A DNA stretch of 24,000 nt from Aquibacillus sediminis (GTDB lineage: Bacteria; Bacillota; Bacilli; Bacillales; Amphibacillaceae): assembly GCF_005870085.1 (NCBI RefSeq), contig NZ_SZNM01000009.1:18616-42615 (forward strand). Reading direction: 5' to 3'. Below, piece after piece: positions 1 through 9,015 of the stretch. The notes beneath the pieces were generated by a model, which saw only the letters and a list, made by a program, of their open reading frames with translations, ran no database searches and was not told the DNA's origin. How positions within the stretch are numbered: the first letter of the stretch is position 1; each line of letters starts with the position of its first letter. Made by a program: the position numbers and the translations under genes.

Positions 1-724
1 GATTCATAGGCGGAGAACCTATAAATTTCGCTACAAATTCATTTGCTGGTGCATTGTAAACATCAATAGGAGGACCGACTTGTTGGATTTTTCCTTCATT
101 CAAAATCATAATTCGATCCCCCATTGTCATCGCCTCGACTTGATCATGGGTCACATAAATCATCGTAATATTTAGCTGTCGTTGGATTTGTTTAATTTCA
201 GACCGCATCTGCGCACGTAATTTGGCATCCAAGTTAGACAATGGTTCATCCATCAAGCATATAGGAGACTCATTGACAATCGCTCTCGCAAGTGCGACCC
301 GTTGTCGTTGGCCACCAGATAGTTGTCGAGGTTTTCGGTTTAAATAGTCGGTAAGCCCAAGCATCTTCGCTACCCGATGGCAACGTTTCTTACGTTGTGT
401 TTTTGGAACCTTTTTGACACTTAAACCAAAGACAATATTTTCTTCCACAGATAAATGAGGATATAAGGCGTAATTTTGAAATACCATCGAAATATCCCGT
501 TTGCTCGGATGAAGATCGTTTACTTTCTTTTGGCCAATCGTTAGCGTCCCTTCCGTTATGTCTTCTAGCCCTGCAATCATTCGCAGCATGGTACTTTTCC
601 CACAACCAGAAGGACCAACCAGAACGAAAAATTCTCCTGCATGAATCGACACACTGATATCTGATAGGACCTCTGTTTGCATGTCATAGGATTTTGATAG
701 GTGTGTAAGCTCTACATCCTTCAC
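1..724 (-). CDS. ABC transporter ATP-binding protein, MsmX/UgpC/MalK type (C-terminus beyond left edge)
   Basis: Absent from the ORF track because it runs off the window. Hand translation from GTG at 724-722 (GGGGGAG SD about 7 nt upstream) gives [20 protein letters not shown]...GPSGCGKST (Walker A), [14 protein letters not shown] (ABC signature), [12 protein letters not shown] (Walker B), YVTHDQ (H-loop), FIGSPPMN. Confidence 0.9.
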   Translation of the reverse strand, partial: MKDVELTHLSKSYDMQTEVLSDISVSIHAGEFFVLVGPSGCGKSTMLRMIAGLEDITEGTLTIGQKKVNDLHPSKRDISMVFQNYALYPHLSVEENIVFGLSVKKVPKTQRKKRCHRVAKMLGLTDYLNRKPRQLSGGQRQRVALARAIVNESPICLMDEPLSNLDAKLRAQMRSEIKQIQRQLNITMIYVTHDQVEAMTMGDRIMILNEGKIQQVGPPIDVYNAPANEFVAKFIGSPPMN

Positions 725-869
725 TTTTTTCTCCCCCTTTCAACTTTCTATCGCCAGTATAAACACTGAATATTAAGAACATTTAAACGAGGTGTAAAGA
801 AACATATAGTTTTAGTAAATATATTTTACAAACAGGGAAGTATTGGTTGGTGGCCAAAATTAAGAAAAG

Positions 870-912
870 TTTACTTTCACTTTACAAAGGGATAACACTC
901 ATTCGTTACACT
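870..912 (+). promoter_or_regulatory. Putative PhoP-box array plus -10 upstream of the phosphodiesterase gene
   Basis: Hexamers TTTACT (870-875), TTTACA (881-886) and ATAACA (892-897) have exact 11-bp periodicity. GTTACA/TACACT (905-912) is a possible -10. This resembles the Bacillus TT(A/T/C)ACA-N5 Pho box, and glpQ is Pho-regulated in B. subtilis. Confidence 0.3.
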
Positions 913-943
913 AGTTGTAAGACAGATGTGTGGAGGGGATATC

Positions 944-1780
944 ATGAAAAGTAGTGTATATGCTATTTTACTTGTTTTATTATTTACTAGCTTCCATTCT
1001 ATTGAAGTGGGGCATTTATTACCGAAGGAATCTGTTCAAGTAATCGCTCATCGAGGTGCTTCTGCCTACATGCCAGAACATACCATCCCAGCGTATCAAT
1101 TGGCACAGCAAATGGGAGCAGACTATATCGAAATCGATGTGCAAATGACAAAAGATGGTCATGTCGTGGCCATGCATGATGAAACAGTGGATCGTACAAC
1201 AAATGGTTCTGGAGATGTCTCCTCCTTCACATTGGAACAGGTCAAACAATTAGAGGTGGTTGTAGAGGGGAATCTGCCTAATGCGGATTCTACAGATATC
1301 ACAATCCCAACACTTGAAGAAATTCTCTACTATTTCGGTGATGAAACCAAGTATTATATTGAGCTAAAATCCCCTCACCTGAACCCAGGTATGAAGGAGA
1401 CGGTGCTAGAATTGTTAGAATCGTATCGTTACATCAATCAACAAGGAGAAACAAAGAATGTTGTCATCGAATCTTTTAACAAAGACACGTTGAAAGCAAT
1501 CCATGGCAGCCATCCCAAGCTTCCATTAGTACAATTGTTAGGAGAAGAACAAACGAAGGATATAAACAAAGAGGAAATAGAGGAATGGAAAAATTATGCA
1601 GATGGTGTAGGGCCAATGTTTGAAGCGTTAGACCGGCACGACGTTTACCAGCTAAGAACAGCTGGTTTGCAAGTCCATACCTATACCATTAATGATGTAG
1701 AACAAATGAAAACAGCGATCCAATGGGGCGTAACCGGCATTTTTACCGACAAGGTTGACATAGCAACCAAAAGGAAGTAG
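944..1780 (+). CDS. glpQ: Secreted glycerophosphodiester phosphodiesterase (GDPD family)
   Basis: VIAHRGASAYMPEHTIPAYQLA..ADYIEIDVQMTKDGHVVAMHDETVDRTTNG is the canonical GDPD core. I prefer the ATG at 944 (GGAGGGG SD at 932-938), which yields signal peptide MKSSVYAILLVLLFTSFHS. The track start at 926 lacks an SD. Confidence 0.9.
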   Translation: MKSSVYAILLVLLFTSFHSIEVGHLLPKESVQVIAHRGASAYMPEHTIPAYQLAQQMGADYIEIDVQMTKDGHVVAMHDETVDRTTNGSGDVSSFTLEQVKQLEVVVEGNLPNADSTDITIPTLEEILYYFGDETKYYIELKSPHLNPGMKETVLELLESYRYINQQGETKNVVIESFNKDTLKAIHGSHPKLPLVQLLGEEQTKDINKEEIEEWKNYADGVGPMFEALDRHDVYQLRTAGLQVHTYTINDVEQMKTAIQWGVTGIFTDKVDIATKRK

Positions 1781-1879
1781 CGGGGCGGTTCTGCAGATCA
1801 TCACGACGATAATAATTTAAATACAATATCGAAAATACCAGAATACCAGTACGAAAGAAATTAGCGGGGAAAGCCGGTA

Positions 1880-1907
1880 GAAGTGGCAGAACAATTTCTG
1901 CTACTTC
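1880..1907. other. Hairpin between convergent glpQ and the repeat-protein gene
   Basis: GAAGTGGCAG (1880-1889) pairs with CTGCTACTTC (1898-1907): 10 bp with one G-T. There is no clear U-run on either strand, so terminator function is uncertain. Confidence 0.3.
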
Positions 1908-1970
1908 AGCAGTGCAGATTCTTAAAGGGGCTAAATATAATTGACTGAAAAAGTGCTTAATTTCGTACCT

Positions 1971-2387
1971 TTAATCCATATTTTTATTCTTTATAATATA
2001 AAGCTCTCTTTCCAGTCTATTTACTTTGTCGGCAATGAAACCTACGTCAGTTATTCTGGATTCATTGGTTAATTCAAATTGTTCTCCAACACCTTGTAAC
2101 TTGGCTTCCATCGCGTTAAATCGTTCATGCATTTCTGATTTAAAGTCATGAATATCTGTGGTCGTATTTTTCATGTCTGTTTTCAATTCACCTATGGCGG
2201 CAGTCGTCGTCTTCATTCCTGTTTTTAACTCACTTATGTCAGTGGTCGTCGTCTTCATTCCTGTTTTCAATTCACCTATGGCAGCGGTCGTCGTCTTCAT
2301 TCCTGTTTTCAATTCACCTATGTCTGCGTTCATACTCTTTATTTCTTTATTCATTTCTGTAAGCAATTTAAAAATTTGTTTATCCAT
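1971..2387 (-). CDS. Hypothetical coiled-coil protein with 14-aa tandem repeats
   Basis: 138-aa ORF with a GAGGTGA SD. It contains IGELKTGMKTTTAA / IGELKTGMKTTTTD / ISELKTGMKTTTAA / IGELKTDMKNTTTD repeats and a heptad-like tail ...VNRLERELYIIKNK. I recognise no enzymatic motif. Confidence 0.6.
   Translation of the reverse strand: MDKQIFKLLTEMNKEIKSMNADIGELKTGMKTTTAAIGELKTGMKTTTTDISELKTGMKTTTAAIGELKTDMKNTTTDIHDFKSEMHERFNAMEAKLQGVGEQFELTNESRITDVGFIADKVNRLERELYIIKNKNMD
2160..2327. repeat. Four tandem 42-bp units inside the 1971-2387 CDS
   Basis: The unit GTCGTCGTCTTCATTCCTGTTTTCAATTCACCTATGGCAGCG starts at 2202, 2244 and 2286 (exact 42-bp spacing). A diverged unit lies at 2160-2201. Confidence 0.9.
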
Positions 2388-2677
2388 ATGATCACCTCAT
2401 CCCTATTATAAACGATATTTTTTAACTAGCATTACCTTCAGCACCGGAGGTTTGTAACACTTTTTCCCAGTCCTTTTGGAGCTTAAAAGTACCAAACAAC
2501 CAATCCAATGTAAATAAGATAGCAGAAATGTAGCAATCCGTCGATAAGGGGAAAATTGGTTTTGTGCATAAAAACAAATCGTGTTTTTCCATTAAGACTA
2601 AAGGAATTTTAATCTCTAAGTTTAAACAGGCGTGGTTTTACGATTTTTCTATGCTCAAAAAATAACAGGCACCAAAA

Positions 2678-2701
2678 GTGGGACAAGCGCCCTTGTCCCA
2701 C
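2678..2701 (-). terminator. A-family short variant acting as terminator of the aminotransferase gene
   Basis: GTGGGACAAG-CGCC-CTTGTCCCAC is a perfect 10-bp stem. On the minus strand it is followed by TTTTGGTG. It begins 1 nt after the stop codon at 2703-2705. Confidence 0.6.
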
Positions 2702-2702
2702 T

Positions 2703-3884
2703 TTAAAGTACGTTACTTAGTTTTTGAATTCCTTCTACTATTTCCTGTTTGTCTGCATAGCTGAAGGAGAGTCGGAGGTATTCTTTTCCATCTTGCGGAT
2801 TCAAGAAAAAATACTTCCCTGGGATATAGGAGATTCCTTCGGCAAGAGCTTGGCTTAGTAGTTGGGATGTATCGACACCCGCCACTTTCACCCAGACAAA
2901 GTATCCTCCTTCAGGTTTATACCAGGAAACAGAATCAGGCATATGTTGTTCGAGTGCAGAAAGTAACACCGCACATTTGTCTTGATAGGCCTCCCCTAAG
3001 ACTTGGATTCGTTCCCCAATATCGTTTTGCTCCAAAAATGATGCCATAGTTGCTTGAGCAAATGGATGGTCTAAATCCTTTTTAAACCAAGCAATCGCAT
3101 TGATAAACTCCGAGTCTGCAGCTACCCAACCAATTCGCATTCCAGGCGCTACTACTTTGGATAGAGATCCAAGATACAGCACACGCCCATCAATATCCAT
3201 GGCTTTTAACGGAGTAGGGGACGCGTCAAACGATAATTCCCCATAAGCATCGTCCTCTAAAATTAGGAAATCATATTTAGCTGCAAGCTCCAGTACATGT
3301 TTCCGACGTTCCTCGTTCATCGTTGTCCCTGTTGGATTTTGGAAAGTTGGAATCGTATATAAAACCTTTGGAAGAGGAAGACCTTTTTGTTTCCTTTCTA
3401 CTAGCACCTCTTCTAATTTGTTCGTTTGCAAGCCGTGCTGATCGACTGGAATGCTTATAAAGTGATCTGTATAGTTTTGAAAAATTTCCAGTGCCTCCAT
3501 ATATGTAGGAGATTCCACGGCAACAACGGTGTTGCTATCCAGCAAAATACGCGCAACTAAATCAATTGCTTGGCATGCACCAGCTGTTATTAAAAGTTCA
3601 TCTTCCGAAACGCCCATATCTCGCTTGGCCATCCTTGCATGGATCTGTTCCTTTAACTTATCCACTTTTGGACTTCCTACATAATGCAGCGGTAAATCCT
3701 GCTCTTCTTCAAGCAAGCGATTAACAGCAGCATTTAACGCTTCAGTTGGCACAAGATTAGGTGCGGGAAATCCAGAACTTAATCGAATACACCCATCCGG
3801 CAGCATCGGCATCCATTCACCTGGAGGATCATGCTTAAGTGCCGCTTTCGTATTGTCATTAAAATAAGATTGCCTATTCATCAA
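2703..3884 (-). CDS. PLP-dependent aminotransferase, class I/II fold (2-aminoadipate/aromatic aminotransferase-like)
   Basis: 393 aa. It has the SLSK(V) PLP-lysine motif (LGSLSKVVAPGMRIGW) and IRLSSGFPAPNLVP and TIPTFQNPTG blocks typical of the family. The start is TTG at 3884 or ATG at 3881, after AAAGGTGA. Confidence 0.85.
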   Translation of the reverse strand: MMNRQSYFNDNTKAALKHDPPGEWMPMLPDGCIRLSSGFPAPNLVPTEALNAAVNRLLEEEQDLPLHYVGSPKVDKLKEQIHARMAKRDMGVSEDELLITAGACQAIDLVARILLDSNTVVAVESPTYMEALEIFQNYTDHFISIPVDQHGLQTNKLEEVLVERKQKGLPLPKVLYTIPTFQNPTGTTMNEERRKHVLELAAKYDFLILEDDAYGELSFDASPTPLKAMDIDGRVLYLGSLSKVVAPGMRIGWVAADSEFINAIAWFKKDLDHPFAQATMASFLEQNDIGERIQVLGEAYQDKCAVLLSALEQHMPDSVSWYKPEGGYFVWVKVAGVDTSQLLSQALAEGISYIPGKYFFLNPQDGKEYLRLSFSYADKQEIVEGIQKLSNVL

Positions 3885-3902
3885 CTATCATTCACCTTTC
3901 AT

Positions 3903-4057
3903 ATAAAGTGAAACTTCCACTCAGTGGTTTGTTTGCTCTTCCCCACTGAGTGGAAGTTAAACCAATCGGGGTGTTAGCATCCGTTTTACTCCCACTTAAA
4001 CATCTTCGTTTTACTTCATGTTTTGAAGTGGGAGTTTTACGGACGGTTGCACCGGGA
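3903..4057. repeat. C-family 155-bp structured repeat, copy 1
   Basis: About 80 percent identical by eye to 9460-9615. It has a perfect 16-bp hairpin (3912-3927 with 3943-3958) and a 10-bp hairpin (3988-3997 with 4026-4035), and ends in GACGGTTGCACCGGGA. Confidence 0.85.
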
Positions 4058-4064
4058 TAAATAA

Positions 4065-4100
4065 GGAAGCACCGGGACGGTTCATGTGCTTCCTTTTCTC
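4065..4100. repeat. B-family hairpin (reverse orientation) with a T-run on the plus strand
   Basis: GGAAGCAC-CGGGACGGTTCAT-GTGCTTCC followed by TTTTCTC. The loop holds the reverse complement of the family core GAACCGTCCC. Confidence 0.7.
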
Positions 4101-4179
4101 GGCAAGAGTTTATGCTTCCACTTTCAGAAGCGCTTAATGCGCGGGATCTGTTCCCCGTTTCCTATATTTTTTATTTTAC

Positions 4180-4218
4180 AACAAAAATAGAAGCAGGAGA
4201 ACCGTCTCCCCTGCTTCC
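4180..4218 (-). terminator. B-family hairpin, intrinsic terminator of the YjiH-like gene
   Basis: The minus strand reads GGAAGCAGGGGAGACGGTTCTCCTGCTTC followed by TATTTTTGTTG. It lies 46 nt downstream of the stop at 4264. Confidence 0.7.
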
Positions 4219-4232
4219 ACCCTCAATAGTGA

Positions 4233-4263
4233 GTGGGACAAGTGCCCTGTCCCCGTGTCCCAC
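4233..4263 (+). repeat. A-family 31-bp element
   Basis: GTGGGACAAGTGCCCTGTCCCCGTGTCCCAC. It is flush (0-nt gap) with the stop codon TAA at 4264-4266 of the minus-strand gene. Confidence 0.9.
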
Positions 4264-5655
4264 TTAAAAGAATAATAGATGGGCCATTAGTGCTGCAACT
4301 GGTAGGGTAATGATCGTTCTTTGTAAGAAGATGATAAATAGTTGCACAAATGATACCGGAATTTTTGACTTGATTAATAAAATTCCAATTTCGGACATGT
4401 AGATTAACTGTGACAAGGACATCACACCGATCACAAAACGTGTCAGTTCTGATTCGATGCCACTACCAACGACAGCTGGTAAGAACATGTCCGCAAAACC
4501 AACTAGCATCGCGGGAGCAGCTGCCTCTGCCTCAGGAATTTGCAACAATTGTAGTAATGGTACAATCGGATAGGATAAATAATTGAAAATTGGTGTGAAC
4601 TCCGCAATCACAAGTGCAATCGTACCTAGCGCCATCACAAGTGGAATTAATGAAAACCAAATATCCACCACATTTTGCACACCACTTTTTACGACACTTT
4701 TGTAACTCTTTACCTGATCTGCTTTTTCAACAGCCTTTTGAACGCCCCACTGAAAACTAGACACACCTTCAGGGACCTCTTCATTAATTTGCTTTCCGAC
4801 CGGTTCATAATACGAGTCTTTTTTCCACGAAAGTGGCGGAATTCTTGGGCAAATAATCGCCGCAATCACCCCTGTGACAATTACAGTGAAATAAAACTGA
4901 ACAAACATATGATCAATATTTAAAAAACGTGCAATCACAAGACTGAAAGCAATTGATGCAATTGAAAAATTCGTCGCAACCACGGACGCTTCACGCTTCG
5001 TATAGTAACCAGCTTCATATTGTTGTGTCGTTAACAACACCCCAACCGTTCCACTTCCCATCCATGATGCGAATGCATCAATCGAAGAACGTCCAGGTAA
5101 TTGAAATAAAGGTTGCATGACTTTACGTACTAATGTTCCGATAAAATCCATTAAGCCAAATTGAAGTAACAACGGCATAAATAAACAAGCAAATAAAAAC
5201 CAAACCATTAACACTGGAATTAAATCATATAGCACAACGCCACCTGTTAAACCTGACCAAACCAATTCAGGACCGATTTCCGTCAATGTAAAAGTTGCAA
5301 ATAAAGCACCAATACAACGTAGCACTAACCAGAATGGCGTGATATCAAATAAACCACTTAAAAATGTATTTTGTTGCACAACGGATAGATTTGTCGCTTT
5401 AACTAGTAAACTACCAACTGCTGATAGGCATAACACAATCGTCATAAATAATGGAATATAATCCGCAATCGCAGCTTGTAGACCATCTGCTAAAATTCCC
5501 AGTCCGATCGTTACTGTACCATCGACAGAAATGGGAACTAAAAATAGCAGAACCCCAATCAATGATGGCACGATAAAGTTTAAATACTTCTTCGTTGAAA
5601 TCTCCTGTTCTTTCGTTGTCATTGCTTCTGCTTGTTGTACTTTTTCCATCCCCAT
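4264..5655 (-). CDS. YjiH-like nucleoside-recognition (Gate) domain membrane protein
   Basis: 463 aa and polytopic. The N-terminus ...KYLNFIVPSLIGVLLFLVPISVDG and overall layout resemble Firmicute YjiH-family proteins. The family assignment is from memory, not a search. Confidence 0.65.
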   Translation of the reverse strand: MGMEKVQQAEAMTTKEQEISTKKYLNFIVPSLIGVLLFLVPISVDGTVTIGLGILADGLQAAIADYIPLFMTIVLCLSAVGSLLVKATNLSVVQQNTFLSGLFDITPFWLVLRCIGALFATFTLTEIGPELVWSGLTGGVVLYDLIPVLMVWFLFACLFMPLLLQFGLMDFIGTLVRKVMQPLFQLPGRSSIDAFASWMGSGTVGVLLTTQQYEAGYYTKREASVVATNFSIASIAFSLVIARFLNIDHMFVQFYFTVIVTGVIAAIICPRIPPLSWKKDSYYEPVGKQINEEVPEGVSSFQWGVQKAVEKADQVKSYKSVVKSGVQNVVDIWFSLIPLVMALGTIALVIAEFTPIFNYLSYPIVPLLQLLQIPEAEAAAPAMLVGFADMFLPAVVGSGIESELTRFVIGVMSLSQLIYMSEIGILLIKSKIPVSFVQLFIIFLQRTIITLPVAALMAHLLFF

Positions 5656-5729
5656 TTATTTCTCCCCCAATTGTATATCTATTCGTTTGAATAACTGTAT
5701 AAATAGCTCCGTTTCTCTTGATAGTTAAT

Positions 5730-5759
5730 AATATACCACTAATATGAATAAATATGCAA
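5730..5759 (-). promoter_or_regulatory. Putative sigma-A promoter of the YjiH-like gene
   Basis: On the minus strand TTGCAT (5759-5754), an 18-nt spacer, then TGGTATATT with an extended -10 (5738-5730). This leaves a leader of about 65 nt. Confidence 0.4.
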
Positions 5760-6074
5760 TACCCTTTTATTATTTTTTATAAAAAAATATCCTCTCAATT
5801 TATAAATAGAAGCAAAGAAAGCATTTTTAACACTGACGCAAACACAAAAAGTTACGTTTAGTCCGTGAAAACCGTTTCATTTCAACTATGTATAAATATA
5901 CCACAACCAGAATATTCGACTCACAATGGATAAAGCTCCCACACATCCTATAAACATTAGTGGAATTTTGTATCTTAGTTGACGGAAACTATGAGTATAC
6001 GTGCTCTCTCGGTTGATTCAGAACAGTCTATCGTGCGATTCTACCGAAAGATGCTTAACAACAGTATTTTGCCC

Positions 6075-6109
6075 CAAAAAAGAAGCACAGGAAAAATCCC
6101 TGCGCTTCT
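6075..6109 (-). terminator. Intrinsic terminator of the esterase/BVMO operon (B-like hairpin)
   Basis: The minus strand reads AGAAGCGCAGGGATTTTTCCTGTGCTTCT followed by TTTTTTGGGG. It lies 16 nt downstream of the stop at 6125. Confidence 0.75.
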
Positions 6110-6124
6110 CAGCTAGAAATCTAT

Positions 6125-7054
6125 TTATTTTGTTAAAGCCCTTCTTAACGCAGTTGCTGCTTGAGTAATTGCTTGATCCCCTTTTTCCATCGCAGCAGGC
6201 ATCCAAAAGTAACCATGAATCATGCCGTCATAACGACAGGCTTCAACGGGGACTCCTGCTTGGTTCAAGCGTTCAGCATAGGCTTCTCCCTCATCGCGTA
6301 ACGGATCATATTCACCCGTGAGGACGAGTGCTGGTGGAAGTCCACTAAGATCATCGGCAAGCATTGGTGAAGCATAGGGGCTCTGACCGTCAGAAGCATC
6401 GCGTAAATAATGATCCCAAAACCACACCATACTATCCTTTGTTAAAAAGTACCCATCCGCATTATCACGATAAGAATCTGTTTCAAAATTATGGTTGGTA
6501 ACTGGATAAATTAATAGTTGATAGGCAATATCTGGGCCACCTTTGTCGCGAGCCATTAAGGAAACAACTGCTGCGAGGTTGCCTCCCGCACTATCCCCAC
6601 CAACAGCAACACGCTCCTGGTCGACATTTAGTGAAGCAGCTTTGTCAGCAACCCACTTTGTTGCAGCATAACAATCCTCTGCTGCTGCAGGATATTTATG
6701 CTCCGGAGCAAGTCGGTAATCGACAGACACAACTACACATTCTGCTCGATTGGCGAGTAACCGACAAGGCACATCGACCGTATCTAAATCACCGACCACC
6801 CAGCCACCACCATGGTAATAAACCAAGGCTGGAAACGGGCCCTCTCCTTTTGGGGTATAGATACGTATTGGGATATCACCCGCTGGACCTGGAACCGTTC
6901 GATTTTCTACTTTTCCAACCGCTTCTGGTTCTCCCGCTAACGGACCCATATCAATCGATGCACGCGCTTCTTCAGGGGAAAGTTCACTCATCGGTGGCTC
7001 CCCTGCCTCTTCCAATTGATCTAATATAAATTTTGCTTGTGGATCTAACGTCAT
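6125..7054 (-). CDS. Alpha/beta hydrolase, hormone-sensitive-lipase family esterase
   Basis: It has the HGGGW oxyanion motif (VYYHGGGWVVGD), the GDSAGG nucleophile elbow, and C-terminal DPLRDEG and HGY. AAGGAGGAAG SD. Confidence 0.9.
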   Translation of the reverse strand: MTLDPQAKFILDQLEEAGEPPMSELSPEEARASIDMGPLAGEPEAVGKVENRTVPGPAGDIPIRIYTPKGEGPFPALVYYHGGGWVVGDLDTVDVPCRLLANRAECVVVSVDYRLAPEHKYPAAAEDCYAATKWVADKAASLNVDQERVAVGGDSAGGNLAAVVSLMARDKGGPDIAYQLLIYPVTNHNFETDSYRDNADGYFLTKDSMVWFWDHYLRDASDGQSPYASPMLADDLSGLPPALVLTGEYDPLRDEGEAYAERLNQAGVPVEACRYDGMIHGYFWMPAAMEKGDQAITQAATALRRALTK

Positions 7055-7108
7055 ACCACATCTTCCTCCTTGTCAGTAGATTATATATTAAGAAAATTTC
7101 CTTGATAA

Positions 7109-8713
7109 CTAAGTTAATGAAAACCCTTCGTACCCTTTGGCCGCGACATCATCACAAATTTGACGATAAGGCCCAACGCCTCCAAGATAAATTTGGAAGC
7201 CTCTTGGTTTGCCTTCAATATTTGCCCCCATGTACCATGAATCTGTTTTGGTAAATAATGTCGCTTCTGCTACTTCACGACAATGGCTACTCCAGTCATC
7301 TTCTGCTTCTACGTTAGCCTCAATCGTTTGGGCGCCATTTTTTTCCATATACTCAATACATTCCGAAATCCACTCGACATGTTGCTCAATCGATACCATC
7401 ATATTACTTAACACGGATGGACTTTCTGGGCCAGTGATCATAAACATATTTGGAAAACCTGTTGTAGCAAGACCGAGATACGTCTTTAACTGCGCCCCGT
7501 CATCCCACTTTTCTTGTAAGGAGACGCCATCTTTGCCTCGAATATCCATTTTAAACAGTGGACCTGTCATCGCATCAAAACCGGTCGCAAATACGATCAT
7601 ATCTAGCTCATACTCTTTTTCTGTAGTGCGAATGCCAGTTGAGGTAATTTCCTCAATTGGGGCATTTTTCACACTAACCAACGAGACATTGTCACGGTTA
7701 TATGTTTCAAAATAATCCGTATCAATAATCGGCCGTTTGGTCGCATAATAGAAATCTGGCATTAATTTCGCTGCTACCTCAGGATCTTTCACAATCTCAC
7801 GTATTTTTGAACGGATAAAACTAGCAAGCGTTTCATTCGCTTCTGCATTCACATTGATATCATTGTACGTATAGGATAAATTCATTAATCCACCTTTTTC
7901 CCAAGCAGCTTCAAACACACGCTGCCGTTCTTCAGGGGAATCATCTAGTGCAGAACGGTCTCTCGGAGCACCAGGCATACCCGTTAGAGAGTAGCGCATT
8001 TCTTCTTTAACCTCATCAAAATTTTCTCTTATCTGCTTCAATCTGTCTGGATCATATGGCTTATTATGTGCAGGGGTACTATATTGTGGTGTTCGTTGAA
8101 AAACAGTCAGGTGTTTTGCTTCCTTCGCAATGGCGGGAATGGACTGAATACCGCTGGAACCAGTGCCAATTACCCCAACATGCTTTCCTTCAAAATCAAC
8201 TTTTTCATGTGGCCATCGACCGGTATGGTACCATTCGCCTTCAAAGTTTTCTAAACCTTTAAAATGGGGGACATTCGATGCAGACAGGCACCCTACTGCG
8301 GTAATAAAATACTTAGCTGAGACAGGAGTGCCCTCGTCGGTTGTTATGTTCCAACGATTGGTTGCTTCATCATAATGAGCACTTTCTATGCGGGTGTTAA
8401 ATTGAATGTCACGCCGGAGATCTAATTTATCGGCAACGAAGTTTATATAACGAAGAATCTCCGGTTGTTCTGCATATCTAGCAGACCAAGTCCATTCATT
8501 AAGAATTTCTACCGAGAAGGTATAATTATAGAAAACACTTTCAACATCACAACGAGCTCCTGGATAACGATTCCAATACCAAGTGCCACCAACATCATCA
8601 GCCAATTCATACACACGAGTGGAATAACCTGCTTCACGTAGACGATGAAGCATATACAACCCCGAAAAACCAGCCCCAACGACGACAACATCATAATTTT
8701 GTCCAGTTGTCAT
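7109..8713 (-). CDS. Type I Baeyer-Villiger monooxygenase (cyclohexanone monooxygenase-like flavoprotein)
   Basis: It has GAGFSGL (FAD Rossmann), the BVMO fingerprint FEGEWYHTGRWP (FxGxxxHxxxWP) and GTGSSG (NADPH Rossmann). GGAGGAGGGG SD. Confidence 0.9.
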   Translation of the reverse strand: MTTGQNYDVVVVGAGFSGLYMLHRLREAGYSTRVYELADDVGGTWYWNRYPGARCDVESVFYNYTFSVEILNEWTWSARYAEQPEILRYINFVADKLDLRRDIQFNTRIESAHYDEATNRWNITTDEGTPVSAKYFITAVGCLSASNVPHFKGLENFEGEWYHTGRWPHEKVDFEGKHVGVIGTGSSGIQSIPAIAKEAKHLTVFQRTPQYSTPAHNKPYDPDRLKQIRENFDEVKEEMRYSLTGMPGAPRDRSALDDSPEERQRVFEAAWEKGGLMNLSYTYNDINVNAEANETLASFIRSKIREIVKDPEVAAKLMPDFYYATKRPIIDTDYFETYNRDNVSLVSVKNAPIEEITSTGIRTTEKEYELDMIVFATGFDAMTGPLFKMDIRGKDGVSLQEKWDDGAQLKTYLGLATTGFPNMFMITGPESPSVLSNMMVSIEQHVEWISECIEYMEKNGAQTIEANVEAEDDWSSHCREVAEATLFTKTDSWYMGANIEGKPRGFQIYLGGVGPYRQICDDVAAKGYEGFSLT

Positions 8714-8886
8714 TCTGTTTGCCCCTCCTCCTCATGGATCATTTTACAAACTTCACCCATTCACTAGATGTTAGCACCACTAATTGGAATCGTTTTCAAA
8801 AAATGAGAAAGGAATACAAGTATCATAAGTGTGCCCTTACTCCAACATATGGCATTATTTATTTGAATATTCCAAATTTTTAATTA

Positions 8887-8917
8887 GTGGGACATGGGGA
8901 CAGGGCACTTGTCCCAG
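8887..8917 (-). repeat. A-family element, reverse orientation
   Basis: GTGGGACATGGGGACAGGGCACTTGTCCCAG is the reverse complement of the consensus with one terminal change. It lies 174 nt upstream of the BVMO start. Confidence 0.9.
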
Positions 8918-8972
8918 TTGGAGGGTACACATACCTTCCTAATGATGACAGCCATAGCATCCTTCCTACTTC

Positions 8973-9008
8973 AAAAAAGCCGGGGAACTGTACGTCCCCT
9001 GGCTTTTT
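8973..9008 (-). terminator. Bidirectional-looking intrinsic terminator downstream of the 98-aa ORF
   Basis: AAAAAAGCCGGGGAACTGTACGTCCCCTGGCTTTTT has an A-run and a T-run flanking a GC stem. It lies 8 nt downstream of the stop at 9016. Confidence 0.75.
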
Positions 9009-9015
9009 AAAAGTT

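Noticed and set aside
390-605. Track ORF of 71 aa on the minus strand
   Set aside because: It is in the wrong frame inside the ABC ATPase gene. The frame starting at 724 gives Walker A, signature, Walker B and H-loop in order.
926-943. Upstream starts given by the track for glpQ (926) and for the small membrane protein (20606)
   Set aside because: The internal ATGs at 944 and 20540 have proper SD spacing and give sensible N-termini (a signal peptide and a TM helix). The extensions have no SD.
2422-2592. Unlisted 56-aa minus-strand ORF (MEKHDLFLCTKPIF...) in the 315-bp gap
   Set aside because: No SD lies upstream of the ATG and no motif is recognisable. It is probably non-coding.
3885-4230. 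T-box or other riboswitch leader upstream of the aminotransferase
   Set aside because: CCCGGTGCAACCGTCCG only loosely resembles the T-box GGGTGGTACCGCG. I could not find a specifier-loop or AG-bulge architecture. The same 155-bp sequence recurs upstream of an unrelated 98-aa ORF, so a dispersed repeat is the simpler reading.
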